DNA of 64,000 nt from NCBI GenBank assembly GCA_965208735.1, contig CBDBPM010000002.1:2985961-3049960 (forward strand), in the 5' to 3' direction. The notes under the pieces were generated by a model, which did no database searches, was not told the origin of the DNA, and saw only the letters and a list, made by a program, of their open reading frames with translations. Origin of the DNA: Candidatus Poribacteria bacterium. GTDB taxonomy: Bacteria > Poribacteria > WGA-4E > WGA-3G. How positions within the stretch are numbered: the first letter of the stretch is position 1; every line of letters starts with the position of its first letter. The position numbers and the translations under genes were made by a program. Positions 36,194-46,668 of this stretch are shown here, in pieces.

Positions 36194-37903
36194 TTGAAGA
36201 AGTGCCGATGCTTGAAACAGTTTTTTATCTTCTGTATTGTAATATGTTTTGTTGTAAGTGTTGACGGATTTTCTAAGGACATATCGTTTGATGAGGTGCC
36301 TGAGGCTATCCGGAAAATTGCGCTCCGCGAAATCGCGGATGTACCCATTCGGGATGTTGACCGAGAAAAAGAGGATGGTGAAACTGTCTACGATATAGAG
36401 GCGAAAGACGATAGCATTGACATCGAATTGGAGATCGCCGCCGATGGAACACTCAGGGAAAAGGATGTTACAGAGGAGATTTCTTTCTTGGAACTCCCGA
36501 TACCCGTCCAAGATACAGTCCATCAGCAGGTTGGAACACTGAAAATTAGTGACGTGGAACGCAGAACTGAACTCGGCATGAGTATTGTGGGAAGTCGTTT
36601 GCAAACTGAGACGACTTATTACAAGGTGGAAGCCGAAGAGTTTGGCGTAGAAATTGACTTGGAGATCGCTCCAGATGGTAGGTTGTTAGATGTAGACATG
36701 AGTGACCCTATCCGACTCAAGGTAAAACTCCTCGCGAAATCCAAAATCCCGACGCTTGCCGATATTGCACCCTATCGAGAGGCACTCGTGTTTTACGAGT
36801 ACAGCGTCCGGAAACGTCTTGAGGGCGAATTCAGAGGCAAAAAACTTCGCGTCGCGCATTGGGCAATCTACGATAACCAACCGCAGGCAATCGGAAAAGC
36901 AAAAGTAGGAAGTTCGCACACACTCCACCTTTATCCATACCAACAATTCAACGAACTGAAGAGTCTCTACACCAGCGATACACTTACGTTAGACCCTGAC
37001 ATTCCACTCTATCACGATGTCGGTCAGAAGATTCTCGAAAATCGATCCGTTGAAGAACGCTATGACTACGACAGTATTTTTTCAGAGAAGATGCCGATTT
37101 TCTGGCGGATAAAAGACCAACTCAAGCTTGTGTCGTTAGGGGACTCGCGGGGTGAAGCAGGGGTTCGAGCAGAAATATTTTATGGCACGGAAAACCAAAA
37201 GACTCCGGTGGCGTATAACCTCGCAATTTCGGGGGGACCGTTGGAGTTCCAAGAAATTGTCGTTGATAAATACCTCACGAAAATGCCCAACTTAGAATGG
37301 GTCGTGTATCAGATGTCCCCCCGCGCGGTGAACCGGTATTTTGAGCATTCAGCGGATCGGGAATTGTTAAAAAGTCGTGGCTTCGCATTTGATCGTAAGC
37401 ACGCCGAGACTCTTTGGCAGGGATCCGATGAAGATAAAAAGACGGTTGCTGGGATTACTTCGGTCCCGCATGTCTCGGAATATTGGAACGAACGTCCGTG
37501 GGGTTGGAAGTTCAACGCTGAGGTATGGAATGATCCGAAGACAAAAAAATTCAAACAGAGATGGGAGATTTCTGAAAGACGATGGAACCGTCTTACGTCC
37601 ATGATAGCTGCACTAAATGAGCGAGATGTTAAGATGTTGCTATATTTGTCACCCCTTCACCCGATTATGCGAGGTCAGCCCGTTGTGGACGATGATGGGA
37701 CAACCCAAGAAGGGTATCGGGAATTAGTAGATGAATTGAAGCAGTTAGAAGCACAGTTCCCTAACTTCGTTTTTGTTGATCTCCTGCAGGGTGGAAATCA
37801 CGACTTCCTTCCGGAGATGTTCAAAGACCTCGACCATCTAAATGCGCTTGGAGCGACGAAACTAACACAGAAGTTAGAAGAAGTTCGGCAACGCCACGAG
37901 TAA
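36194..37903 (+). CDS. Secreted protein with N-terminal PepSY-like repeats and a C-terminal SGNH/GDSL-like (DltD/AlgX-like) domain
   Basis: Signal peptide. Repeated ...DIELEIAADGTL / VEIDLEIAPDGRL PepSY-like units. C-terminal GDS block (VSLGDSRGE) and DxxH block (DLDHLN). Probable TTG start after a GGAGG SD. Confidence 0.45.
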   Translation: MKKCRCLKQFFIFCIVICFVVSVDGFSKDISFDEVPEAIRKIALREIADVPIRDVDREKEDGETVYDIEAKDDSIDIELEIAADGTLREKDVTEEISFLELPIPVQDTVHQQVGTLKISDVERRTELGMSIVGSRLQTETTYYKVEAEEFGVEIDLEIAPDGRLLDVDMSDPIRLKVKLLAKSKIPTLADIAPYREALVFYEYSVRKRLEGEFRGKKLRVAHWAIYDNQPQAIGKAKVGSSHTLHLYPYQQFNELKSLYTSDTLTLDPDIPLYHDVGQKILENRSVEERYDYDSIFSEKMPIFWRIKDQLKLVSLGDSRGEAGVRAEIFYGTENQKTPVAYNLAISGGPLEFQEIVVDKYLTKMPNLEWVVYQMSPRAVNRYFEHSADRELLKSRGFAFDRKHAETLWQGSDEDKKTVAGITSVPHVSEYWNERPWGWKFNAEVWNDPKTKKFKQRWEISERRWNRLTSMIAALNERDVKMLLYLSPLHPIMRGQPVVDDDGTTQEGYRELVDELKQLEAQFPNFVFVDLLQGGNHDFLPEMFKDLDHLNALGATKLTQKLEEVRQRHE

Positions 37904-38002
37904 CCTGCTTCCAAGGCAGATGATTGAGTCACAAACATCCTAACTGAGAGACGGAAACCAGAACAATGGACGCAGCCGAACAGTGATCAATAGCTTAAAA
38001 AA

Positions 38003-39436
38003 ATGGTTTTCAGTTCGCATATCTTTGTTTATTACTTTCTGCCGATTGCCCTCTTAGGTTACTATCTGCTCCCGCGCCGGGCAAAACACTTCGGGTTGAC
38101 ACTCTTTAGTTATATCTTTTACGGCTGGGCAAACCCCTTGTTTGCTCCGCTAATGTTTGCCTCAACGCTGATTGATTATACGTGCGGACGAGTCATCTCA
38201 GGAAGTAAACATTCCCGCAATCGACCTGCAATATGCGCTTGCAAGCTGCGCCGCCAAGTAGCATTAACGGTTTCGGTCTGTTCAAATCTATCCCTTTTAG
38301 GCTTTTTCAAATACTTCAATTTCGGCATCGCGAACGTAAACGCTGTTATAGATTGGCTGGGTCTACCGATATGGGAGGGGGTTCTTCACGTAACACTTCC
38401 ACTTGGCATCAGTTTCTACACCTTCCAGTCGATGAGTTATACGATAGATGTCTATCGCGGCGATGCGAAGGCGATTCGGAATTTTATTGACTTCGCCTGT
38501 TATGTATCAATGTTTCCACAACTCGTTGCGGGTCCGATCGTTCGGTTTTCGGAGATTGCCGATCAGTTACGGCATCGCACGCACACGTTACAGAAGTTCG
38601 CTCGCGGTATCGCGTTCTTTTCGCTCGGCATGGCGAAGAAGATTTTGATAGCAAACCCTTGCGGCAAGTGTGCTGACACAGTCTTTGATGTCGGTGTTGT
38701 TGGTACCCTTGAGGCGTGGTATGGCGTCATCGCTTATGCGTTTCAGATCTATTTCGATTTTAGCGGTTATTCCGACATGGCGATCGGTCTGGGGTTGATG
38801 CTCGGATTTACTTTCCCCAAGAACTTTGATTCTCCGTACCGTGCTGAATCTATTACGGAGTTCTGGCGGCGATGGCATATCTCGCTTTCGAGTTGGTTGC
38901 GCGATTATCTCTATATTCCGCTCGGTGGCAACCGCCGAGGTGCTGCTCGCACCTACGTCAACTTGGCACTTGTGATGCTACTCGGTGGCTTATGGCACGG
39001 CGCGTCTTGGAATTTTGTTATCTGGGGCGGAATTCACGGCGGCATGCTCGCGCTTGAGAGAAAACGAGGAAAGGCGAGTTTTTACGGATCAATACCGAAA
39101 CCCTTACGGGTCGTAGCGACGTTTCTACTTGTGCTGATAGCGTGGGTTTTCTTTAGAATCAGTGAACTCCCGCATGCAGTCACCTATCTGCAATGTATGT
39201 TCAGCAATGTTCAGATTCACCCCAGCACTGATTTAATCGCGAGCATCCTCTATCAACCTTACTATCTATTGGTTATGTGTATAGCCGGTATTGTCGTTTG
39301 GTGTTTGCCACAGACGTGGGACTGGACGCAACGGTTGACCCCTCTCAGAATAGGGATATGCATAATCCTGCTCTGGTTATCTCTCGCTGTATTGGCAACG
39401 CAGACATATAATCCGTTTATCTATTTTATTTTTTAA
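38003..39436 (+). CDS. MBOAT-family membrane-bound O-acyltransferase (AlgI/DltB-like)
   Basis: 477 aa, polytopic, with the MBOAT signature ...FWRRWHISLSSWLRDYLYIPLGG... and a conserved His in ...GGLWHGASWNF.... Confidence 0.8.
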   Translation: MVFSSHIFVYYFLPIALLGYYLLPRRAKHFGLTLFSYIFYGWANPLFAPLMFASTLIDYTCGRVISGSKHSRNRPAICACKLRRQVALTVSVCSNLSLLGFFKYFNFGIANVNAVIDWLGLPIWEGVLHVTLPLGISFYTFQSMSYTIDVYRGDAKAIRNFIDFACYVSMFPQLVAGPIVRFSEIADQLRHRTHTLQKFARGIAFFSLGMAKKILIANPCGKCADTVFDVGVVGTLEAWYGVIAYAFQIYFDFSGYSDMAIGLGLMLGFTFPKNFDSPYRAESITEFWRRWHISLSSWLRDYLYIPLGGNRRGAARTYVNLALVMLLGGLWHGASWNFVIWGGIHGGMLALERKRGKASFYGSIPKPLRVVATFLLVLIAWVFFRISELPHAVTYLQCMFSNVQIHPSTDLIASILYQPYYLLVMCIAGIVVWCLPQTWDWTQRLTPLRIGICIILLWLSLAVLATQTYNPFIYFIF

Positions 39437-39572
39437 TAGTTATCAGTTATCAGTACGATTTTTCTGCGAAAAATCTTTCAGTACTCAGTTAAGAGGTGTG
39501 CTGTGGCAGTTACCAAAAACGTTACCGCCACAAGCGGGGAACTGATAACCGATAACTGATAACTGATAACCA
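39437..39572. repeat. Heptamer-array inverted-repeat element #3: (AGTTATC)n left arm and (AACTGAT)n right arm
   Basis: tagttatcagttatcagtac ... actgataaccgataactgataactgataacc, with internal hairpins gatttttctgcgaaaaatc and tgtggc...gccaca. Confidence 0.75.
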
Positions 39573-39577
39573 TTCAC

Positions 39578-41137
39578 ATGCGAAACTTAGCTGAAAGTCG
39601 CCGGGAGACTGCTGTAAAAGAACTCGGCTCCACACAAATCAAACGAAATGTAAGCATTGTCGGTCTTGTCATCTTCAGTGTGACGCTGCTGTCCGTTCCG
39701 ATCTGCCAATTGATCTCCGATGGTCTGCGTGGTGAGTCGCCTCACATCTTTCGAGCAATTAATTTGTTACCGGTCCCTAACCTCACAGAGATTGAGCAGT
39801 ACGAGGATACGCTGGAGGAAGAATCTGTACTGACCCATTGGCTGTTGCCGAGCGTTCAGACGGTTCTGACGCAGATGTTCTTTATCGGCAACGAACAAGC
39901 CTATCTCGGACGCGACGGGTGGTTATTCTACCGTGCCGACATAGATTCACTCATTACTCCTGACTCCCAAGAAACTGCAAGCACAGCACTCGCTGCCATT
40001 ATCGACTTCAATCGTCAGTTGCAAGCACGCGACATCACGCTTATCATTGTGCCAACACCTGTTAAACCAACAATTCACCCTGAAAAGTTCTCGACACGTT
40101 CCCGAACCGCTAATGCACCAATACAGAACCCTTCCTACGCAGCGTTTGTTGAGACACTTACGGCAGAAGGCGTGCTTGTATACGATCCCTCGCCACTGCT
40201 CTTTGCAGCTGCCCGCCGAGACCCACAATATCTCAAAACGGATACACACTGGAAACCGGAAGCGATGGAACGCGTCGCGAAACAATTGGCTGCATTTATT
40301 GAGGACAAGGTTCAACTGTCCTCAGATCCATCGTTTACGTACCTCAAAACACCCGCGGATACTGCTAATATCGGGGATATCGCGAAGATGTTAAAACTGC
40401 CGGAAGATCAGTCGCTGTTTCCCTCAGAACACGTCACACGCCATGTTGTTCAGATCCCTTCAGGGAACCTATGGCAACCCGTGCAGGCATCAGAGATTCT
40501 ATTTTTGGGAGATAGTTTCAGCAACATCTATTCGCTTGCGGGTATGGGATGGGGCGATTCCGCGGGTTTCGTTGAACATCTCAGCGCAGAACTTGCGCGA
40601 CCGATTGATAAAATTGTCATCAACGCTGGTGGTGCTGATGCAACGCGTCAGGCACTTGTACAGGGACTCAACCGTGGACACGATCGCCTCGCTGGGAAAC
40701 GCGTGCTTGTCTATCAGTTCGCAACGCGGGAACTCTTCTCTGGCGATTGGAAACTATTATCAATACCACAGGTTCAAACTGCTGAGCAGTCACAAACGAC
40801 ATTGACTGACCAAAGCGAAGACATAGTTGTTACGGCAACTATCAAGGCAAAGACAGAACCGCCGATGCCGCGAACCGTTCCGTATTCCGAATGCATCATC
40901 GCGCTACATCTTGAAAATCTTGAGACAGTTCATCTGCCAGCGGAATTCGCTGTATTTTTGTGGGGCATGCGTGAGAATCAGTGGACAAATGCCGCTACTT
41001 TCAAAGTAGGACAGAAAATTGAGCTGCGGCTCCGTCCATGGACAGCGGTTGAAACTGAATACGGCAGCTACAATCGCAAGGAGTTGGAGGATGAAGACGC
41101 GTGGTTACTGGATGTTTATTGGGGAGAGATACCGTGA
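39578..41137 (+). CDS. DHHW-family protein (AlgJ/AlgX-like O-acetyltransferase component)
   Basis: N-terminal TM helix; ...GRDGWLFY... and the DTHW motif (KTDTHWKPE). Confidence 0.6.
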   Translation: MRNLAESRRETAVKELGSTQIKRNVSIVGLVIFSVTLLSVPICQLISDGLRGESPHIFRAINLLPVPNLTEIEQYEDTLEEESVLTHWLLPSVQTVLTQMFFIGNEQAYLGRDGWLFYRADIDSLITPDSQETASTALAAIIDFNRQLQARDITLIIVPTPVKPTIHPEKFSTRSRTANAPIQNPSYAAFVETLTAEGVLVYDPSPLLFAAARRDPQYLKTDTHWKPEAMERVAKQLAAFIEDKVQLSSDPSFTYLKTPADTANIGDIAKMLKLPEDQSLFPSEHVTRHVVQIPSGNLWQPVQASEILFLGDSFSNIYSLAGMGWGDSAGFVEHLSAELARPIDKIVINAGGADATRQALVQGLNRGHDRLAGKRVLVYQFATRELFSGDWKLLSIPQVQTAEQSQTTLTDQSEDIVVTATIKAKTEPPMPRTVPYSECIIALHLENLETVHLPAEFAVFLWGMRENQWTNAATFKVGQKIELRLRPWTAVETEYGSYNRKELEDEDAWLLDVYWGEIP

Positions 41138-42189
41138 TAATTTTGGGAAATCTATGTCTTTTGAAGAAGGGCTTGCCTGCTAAGTTCTGCGCGTTATTAT
41201 TTGTCCTAATACTGGTGGAGTTTCCTAACTTCACCGTTGCTGAAACGGAACTTTTTATACAGTCGTTGGCTGAAAAGGCTGCCGAAGCCGAAACACAACA
41301 GACAACAGTCATTTCCGGGAAAGAAGGGTGGTTGTTCTTTGCTCCTGAACTGCGCGCTATGAGCGTCGGACAATTTTGGGGCGATGCAGCGGTGCGCGTC
41401 AGTCGGACATCAAACCCTGAATTCGCCGATCCGCTTCCTGCTATCCTCGACTTCAAGGCGCAATTGGATAGGGCGGGTATTGCGCTTATCTTCGTTCCAA
41501 TACCGGCAAAAGCCACGATTTACCCTGAGATGATTTCCGAACATGGAGACGCAGCAACACGGACTGATGAACACCATCTAAAATTCTACAACATTTTGCG
41601 GGAGCACGGTGTAAATGTGCTTGACTTAACGCCGATTTTCCTGAAAAACAAATTCACCGATGCCGGACCTGTCTATTGTAAACAGGATACGCACTGGTCT
41701 GGACACGGGTGTGTATTGGCAGCGAAAGCGATTGCTAAAGCCATTGGTACGCCCGCGTGGACAGCAGAAATGCCTAAAAACGAGATAAAGACCGAAACTC
41801 GCACTATTGCAATTACGGGTGATCTCTGGAAAGAACTTGGCGACGAGAATCTGGAAAAAGAGCAATTACGACTCACTTATGTCAATGAGGGTGTCAGCAC
41901 GTCGTGGCGAGCGAGTCCGATTGTCCTGTTAGGAGACAGCCACAGTCTTGTTTTCCACGCGGGTGCAGATATGCATGCACAAGGTGCTGGATTGCCGGAT
42001 CATCTCGCGCATCAACTCGGGTTTCCTGTGGATGTCGTCGCGGTTCGTGGTTCCGGGGCAACGCCATCACGCTTGAACCTTTATCGACGACGCGATAACA
42101 TGAAAGGAAAACGGGTTGTTGTTTGGTGCTTGAGTGTCCGAGAATTTACAGAAGGGCAGGGGTGGCGGAAGGTGCCTATAATCCGGTGA
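41101..42189 (+). CDS. DHHW-family protein (AlgJ/AlgX-like), paralogue of the preceding gene
   Basis: ...GKEGWLFFAPELR... and QDTHWSGHG. The start may instead be a GTG overlapping the upstream stop near 41133. Confidence 0.6.
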   Translation: MVTGCLLGRDTVIILGNLCLLKKGLPAKFCALLFVLILVEFPNFTVAETELFIQSLAEKAAEAETQQTTVISGKEGWLFFAPELRAMSVGQFWGDAAVRVSRTSNPEFADPLPAILDFKAQLDRAGIALIFVPIPAKATIYPEMISEHGDAATRTDEHHLKFYNILREHGVNVLDLTPIFLKNKFTDAGPVYCKQDTHWSGHGCVLAAKAIAKAIGTPAWTAEMPKNEIKTETRTIAITGDLWKELGDENLEKEQLRLTYVNEGVSTSWRASPIVLLGDSHSLVFHAGADMHAQGAGLPDHLAHQLGFPVDVVAVRGSGATPSRLNLYRRRDNMKGKRVVVWCLSVREFTEGQGWRKVPIIR

Positions 42190-42260
42190 AGTAGAAACAA
42201 GGTTACAGCCTGTTGTAGACGGAAAACCCGGCGGAGCGTGCCTACTACTTGAAAAATAAA

Positions 42261-42287
42261 GTAGGGACAGAGTGAGCCTGTCCCTAC
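42261..42287. terminator. Bidirectional hairpin gtagggacag-agtgagc-ctgtccctac between convergent genes
   Basis: 10-bp perfect stem between the + gene ending at 42189 and the - gene ending at 42304. Confidence 0.5.
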
Positions 42288-42303
42288 AGGTGTTGAGGAA
42301 ATC

Positions 42304-43089
42304 CTATTCAAACTCGTAAACGAGGGTGACGTTTATGGTGACGGTGAGTTCTCCAGCTTGGATCGGGGTTGAGCTGCGAGCACTTTCTTCATCAGCAGCG
42401 AACTCAGCAGCCTCAGCAAAAGCGATGGGAGGTCCCGCAGCATGCGATGTTTCTATGATTGTGATCGGTTTTCCGAGTGTAACACCACTCGCCTCCGCTA
42501 AAGTTTGTGCCTTCGTTTCGGCATTCTTCACTGCTAAAGCACGCGCCTGTGCTTGTAAAGGTGTGGGGTCTTCAATCATGAATTGGATGGAGTTTACAAC
42601 GACAATATCTCCACCGGCTCCGGTAGCGTCGTCAATGATATCGCTAAGCGTTTCGAGGTCTCGAACCTCCGCACTAACGGTATTGTTCACTCTGTAACCA
42701 CGCAGCACACGCCCCTCATCCGTATAATCATACTGGGGGTAGATGCTGAAATTCTCCGTTCGGATGTCATTTTCAGCGATGTCGTTAGCTTTCAGAGAGT
42801 CTATCACCGCTGTCATCGCGCTTGCGGCTTCCTCGCGTGCCTCCTCGACTGTCTCTTTCTCGACAGACACACCTAAGTAAAGCGTCGCTATATCGGGTTC
42901 ACCTGTAACCGAACCGCTTCCGTTAACGTGGATGCTCCTGCTCTCCGGTGACGGAACCATCGGTGATATGATTTGTGGATCACATCCAGTGGTGCCTATG
43001 ACGAGCAATGAACAAAGGCTTAAACATAAAAATTTTAATCTCTTCACAGTAAATCTCCTTCGTTGCGGCAGCTGTACTGCGCGGTTCAT
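42304..43089 (-). CDS. SIMPL-domain (DUF541 / YggE-like) secreted protein
   Basis: Signal/lipobox-like N-terminus, then ...GSGSVTGEPDIATLYLGVSVE...YRVNNTVSAEVRDLETLSDIID... typical of SIMPL. Confidence 0.55.
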   Translation of the reverse strand: MNRAVQLPQRRRFTVKRLKFLCLSLCSLLVIGTTGCDPQIISPMVPSPESRSIHVNGSGSVTGEPDIATLYLGVSVEKETVEEAREEAASAMTAVIDSLKANDIAENDIRTENFSIYPQYDYTDEGRVLRGYRVNNTVSAEVRDLETLSDIIDDATGAGGDIVVVNSIQFMIEDPTPLQAQARALAVKNAETKAQTLAEASGVTLGKPITIIETSHAAGPPIAFAEAAEFAADEESARSSTPIQAGELTVTINVTLVYEFE

Positions 43090-43104
43090 ACGTTGATAAG
43101 TCCA

Positions 43105-44070
43105 CTACTCGGTTACAATTTCTGGTGAAGATGCTTCTGCCTTGAGCGTATCGGACTTCTTTATTAACCTGTCTACATTCGATTTGAAAAGTCTGAAAAC
43201 GGTATCATTATCGTCACGTTTGGCGTAAAGTTTCCCCTCTGCCTCGTTTCCGATGTACAGCGTTGCCGTGGTGCCATCATTCAAGGCAGCAGATATAACG
43301 GATTGCGGGGTATTTAAACCGTATTCAGCAAGGTCGTTCTGTGCTTCAGCAAAGTCGTCCGTATTCAATCCACTAAGCGTTGTAAGAAGGTTGTCAACCT
43401 CAGTTGTATTGGCGATAGCGGCTTCAGGCTTGAGCATCTGCCATGCCCCGTCTGCATCGAGACGCAATTCGACCGTTTCTTCTGGTGAAGAGATGTTAAG
43501 CTCGGTGACAATACCTTTGTTAAAATCAAAGATGGTCCGATCTTTCCAAGTGCGTGTACCTTTGTTAAAAACGGATTGGAGATTGCCTTGTGCGACATAG
43601 ACATCGTTGGAATCCGCTGCGCGCACGTAACTACTCAGAAAGCCGGGGGTTATTTTTCCAACAAACAGGTGTGCTAACACTTTATCGTTTACGTCTATCA
43701 GTTTCGCTTCGACACCAGTGCTATCCACTTCAAATTCTGCCTGTTTTTCTGGGTTACTGGAGACGCGCTGCGTATCCTTAAATTCTCCGACTTTGGTCAA
43801 CAGTTCAGCAACGCCTTCGCTATCCGCGGGATAGTTCTCCATTGAGGCTACTACCCATGCGCCCTCTTGTTTTGAGAGCGTTGTCGTTTCACCGGTAGCG
43901 ATGATCTCTATTTTCGCAACCTGTTCTTTATCGAAGCTTGGAAACAGCAGTGTTGCTGTTTGAACCTTCTTCTCGTATTCGCTCTGTCCAAATGGGTTCT
44001 CGAAGACAACGACAACGATTGCCAAAACGACGAGAACGCCACCTAAGATAAGAAGTTGTTTCGTTTTCAT
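43105..44070 (-). CDS. DUF4340-like periplasmic protein, fourth gene of the GldA/F/G-type ABC cluster
   Basis: N-terminal TM or signal anchor. Its position downstream of the GldG-like gene matches the conserved four-gene arrangement. Confidence 0.4.
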   Translation of the reverse strand: MKTKQLLILGGVLVVLAIVVVVFENPFGQSEYEKKVQTATLLFPSFDKEQVAKIEIIATGETTTLSKQEGAWVVASMENYPADSEGVAELLTKVGEFKDTQRVSSNPEKQAEFEVDSTGVEAKLIDVNDKVLAHLFVGKITPGFLSSYVRAADSNDVYVAQGNLQSVFNKGTRTWKDRTIFDFNKGIVTELNISSPEETVELRLDADGAWQMLKPEAAIANTTEVDNLLTTLSGLNTDDFAEAQNDLAEYGLNTPQSVISAALNDGTTATLYIGNEAEGKLYAKRDDNDTVFRLFKSNVDRLIKKSDTLKAEASSPEIVTE

Positions 44071-44208
44071 TTTTCGTATTTCGTATAAGGAGTAGTTCCA
44101 AATGTTCAGTTATGAGGTGTCTGTTATCGACCCATTGTGCTGATAACAAACAACCATTGGGGTTTATGTAATCAGTAGATTCGACCTTTTTTGATCACAC
44201 CGATTCAG

Positions 44209-45864
44209 TTAAGGTGCCATTGATTCTACTATCCGTTTTGTCCGCCTTTTTAAGAAATATCGGACGAGCCCGAAGATGATGACGAGGAACGAGACCCCAA
44301 CAGTACATAGGTATTTAATAAAGTTTTTCTCAATTTCAGATGCTTCTCGGAGGGGACGATCCGTGATAGCGTGAGAACGGATACCGATGAGGGTATCACC
44401 AAGGGTTAGCCAGTCCACAGTGTTTAAGAAAAAGTTGATTCCATCCGGACGCATCTGTGTTAGAAATTGCGCCGTGCCTACCACAACGATTTGCGTCTGT
44501 GCACTTTCAGGTATAGTTGTTTGTGCCTCAGTATCTTGTGTTGGGGCAGGTGTCTCGCTGTCATCCGGACTTGTAGCAGTGTCGGTTACTGCTGTTGGAA
44601 TTTCTTTATCGGCATAAAAACTTTTGAATTTACCTTCTAAAGCTAAAGCGACGGGATAGGCTTGCGTTTCTGCATTGGGTATGGGGAAATCTGGCATCAG
44701 ATTATAATAACCTTGGATAGTCTGTCCAAATTCACTCGTCTTTGCTAACGTCGTTGCGGTGACGTTTTCTTTCGGTATCACCTCTAAGGAACTTGTCCAA
44801 GGTAGGGTCAACGCCTCCAACTGGTTCGTAATGGTGTGTTCTGTCGAGAAATTTGATTTGACAATTTTAACAAAATACGGATACGGTTGAAAAACGGTTA
44901 TGAAGCCTTGTTGAAACCGAGCATTGTCATGGAATCTGCGGTCAATAAGCAGGTTATTGCCGAGTTTGGCTCCATAATGTGCCAGCAGATCGTTTAACCC
45001 TGTGCTCAGCGGTGTGCCTTGCAATGTACCCGGTGGTATTTGAATGGCATCAACCAAGAAGATCGCTCTACCACCCCGCATAATAAACTGGTCGAGTTCA
45101 TATTTCTCGCGTTCTGTCAACGGCTGCTTTACTGCCGCGATAACCAGTGTTGTCACGGTATCATCAACGGCTTTTCCGTCTTGCAAACTGACAGATGTGA
45201 CGTTATATTGTCCTTGTCCATTTTTATCCAAGAGTTGGCGGAACTGCTGATGGTTTTGAGCGTTGATGTCAAACGCGTCGTGCCCCGCCAAAAATCCAAC
45301 TGTTTTTGCTTCTTTGGTGGTAACCTTGAGAATAGTGGAGGTGAGTTCGTACTCCAGATTACTCGTTGAGCGCACGACCGGCAGGGTTTCCTCTTTGCCG
45401 CTGTAACCGATAGAGATCCCCATATAGACGTTCGCTATCTCCGCTTTGTCTTTTTTGACGACATTGATTTGTACCTCAGGGATCCCCTTAAAACGGAGTT
45501 CCTGTTTTTGTGCTTCCTCGAAATCAGCAGGATTCACAAAATCGATTTGGAGTTTATTTGAGAACGCATTGTATTCGTCTAACACATCTCTGACATCGCG
45601 GCGTATCCGAGCGACTTCCGCGGGTGTTGTGGAAAAGTACGCAGTGATCGTTACAATATCGTCTAATGTGTCTAATACATTTTTAGTCGCTTTTGAGATC
45701 GTATAACGCTTGTCCTCGGTGAGGTCTGCCCGAATAAAACGGCGGGTTGACAGAAAGTTAATCAGCGCAAGGATGCCGAAGATGATTACTACAAAAGCGA
45801 GGGTATTCCCACCGTATTTGATCTGTTTATTAGCCAAGATAGTTCCCTCCTTTCCTAACGCCAT
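44209..45864 (-). CDS. GldG-like ABC-transporter auxiliary component
   Basis: 551 aa with N- and C-terminal TM anchors and a large periplasmic domain. Adjacent to the ABC-2 permease and ATPase. Confidence 0.5.
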   Translation of the reverse strand: MALGKEGTILANKQIKYGGNTLAFVVIIFGILALINFLSTRRFIRADLTEDKRYTISKATKNVLDTLDDIVTITAYFSTTPAEVARIRRDVRDVLDEYNAFSNKLQIDFVNPADFEEAQKQELRFKGIPEVQINVVKKDKAEIANVYMGISIGYSGKEETLPVVRSTSNLEYELTSTILKVTTKEAKTVGFLAGHDAFDINAQNHQQFRQLLDKNGQGQYNVTSVSLQDGKAVDDTVTTLVIAAVKQPLTEREKYELDQFIMRGGRAIFLVDAIQIPPGTLQGTPLSTGLNDLLAHYGAKLGNNLLIDRRFHDNARFQQGFITVFQPYPYFVKIVKSNFSTEHTITNQLEALTLPWTSSLEVIPKENVTATTLAKTSEFGQTIQGYYNLMPDFPIPNAETQAYPVALALEGKFKSFYADKEIPTAVTDTATSPDDSETPAPTQDTEAQTTIPESAQTQIVVVGTAQFLTQMRPDGINFFLNTVDWLTLGDTLIGIRSHAITDRPLREASEIEKNFIKYLCTVGVSFLVIIFGLVRYFLKRRTKRIVESMAP

Positions 45865-46571
45865 TTACGGCTTTCAACTGCTAATGTACTTAAATATAGA
45901 AAAAAACCGATTAGCGACAGATAGTAGATAATGTCGCGGGAATCGAGCACGCCGCGTAAAATGCTACTATAATGCGCACCAAGTCCGAGATAACTGAAGA
46001 TCGGAACCAACCAATTCGGGGTCTTGAAAAGTACAAAGTCTTCACCGATGAGGAGCAGCACAAGGCAAACAACAATACCAATAATGAAGGCAATAATCTG
46101 ATTTTCCGTTAGTGTTGAGGCGAAGAACCCAATCGCAATATAGGCGGCACCCATCAACAGGAGTCCGATATATCCAGCGATCAGTGTCCCAACATCGGGG
46201 TTCCCAAGGGACATGATTGAAAATGGGATGACGAGTGTAAGTAGCACTGTTACGGCAAGGAGCGCGAAACTCGCCAAAAATTTTCCGACGACGACCTCAT
46301 AATCTCGAATCGGTAGGGTCATCAGGATCTCTATTGTACCGATTTTCTTTTCTTCAGACCAAAGTTTCATAGTGACAGCAGGAATGAAGAACAGAAATAT
46401 CCACGGCATTAACCCGAAAAAACTGCGCATTTCTGCTTGGTTAACAATAAAAAAGTTCTGGAAAAAGAGCCAGGCGGAGATACCGAGGAAGAATGTTATG
46501 AAAATATACGCAATTGGCGAATTAAAGTAACTTCTGAATTCTTTTTTGAGAATAGCTGTGATGTTTTGCAT
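45855..46571 (-). CDS. ABC-2 type transporter permease (GldF-like)
   Basis: 238 aa with six predicted TM helices. Overlaps the GldG-like gene by 10 bp. Confidence 0.6.
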   Translation of the reverse strand: MQNITAILKKEFRSYFNSPIAYIFITFFLGISAWLFFQNFFIVNQAEMRSFFGLMPWIFLFFIPAVTMKLWSEEKKIGTIEILMTLPIRDYEVVVGKFLASFALLAVTVLLTLVIPFSIMSLGNPDVGTLIAGYIGLLLMGAAYIAIGFFASTLTENQIIAFIIGIVVCLVLLLIGEDFVLFKTPNWLVPIFSYLGLGAHYSSILRGVLDSRDIIYYLSLIGFFLYLSTLAVESRKWR

Positions 46572-46668
46572 AAGTATTCTATTATTCTATGAACGGGGCG
46601 CGGTTTTAATAAACCCCAATTGGAAGCATGCTTTTTGCCAAATTACTCAAAAGCATTTTACCGAGTTT

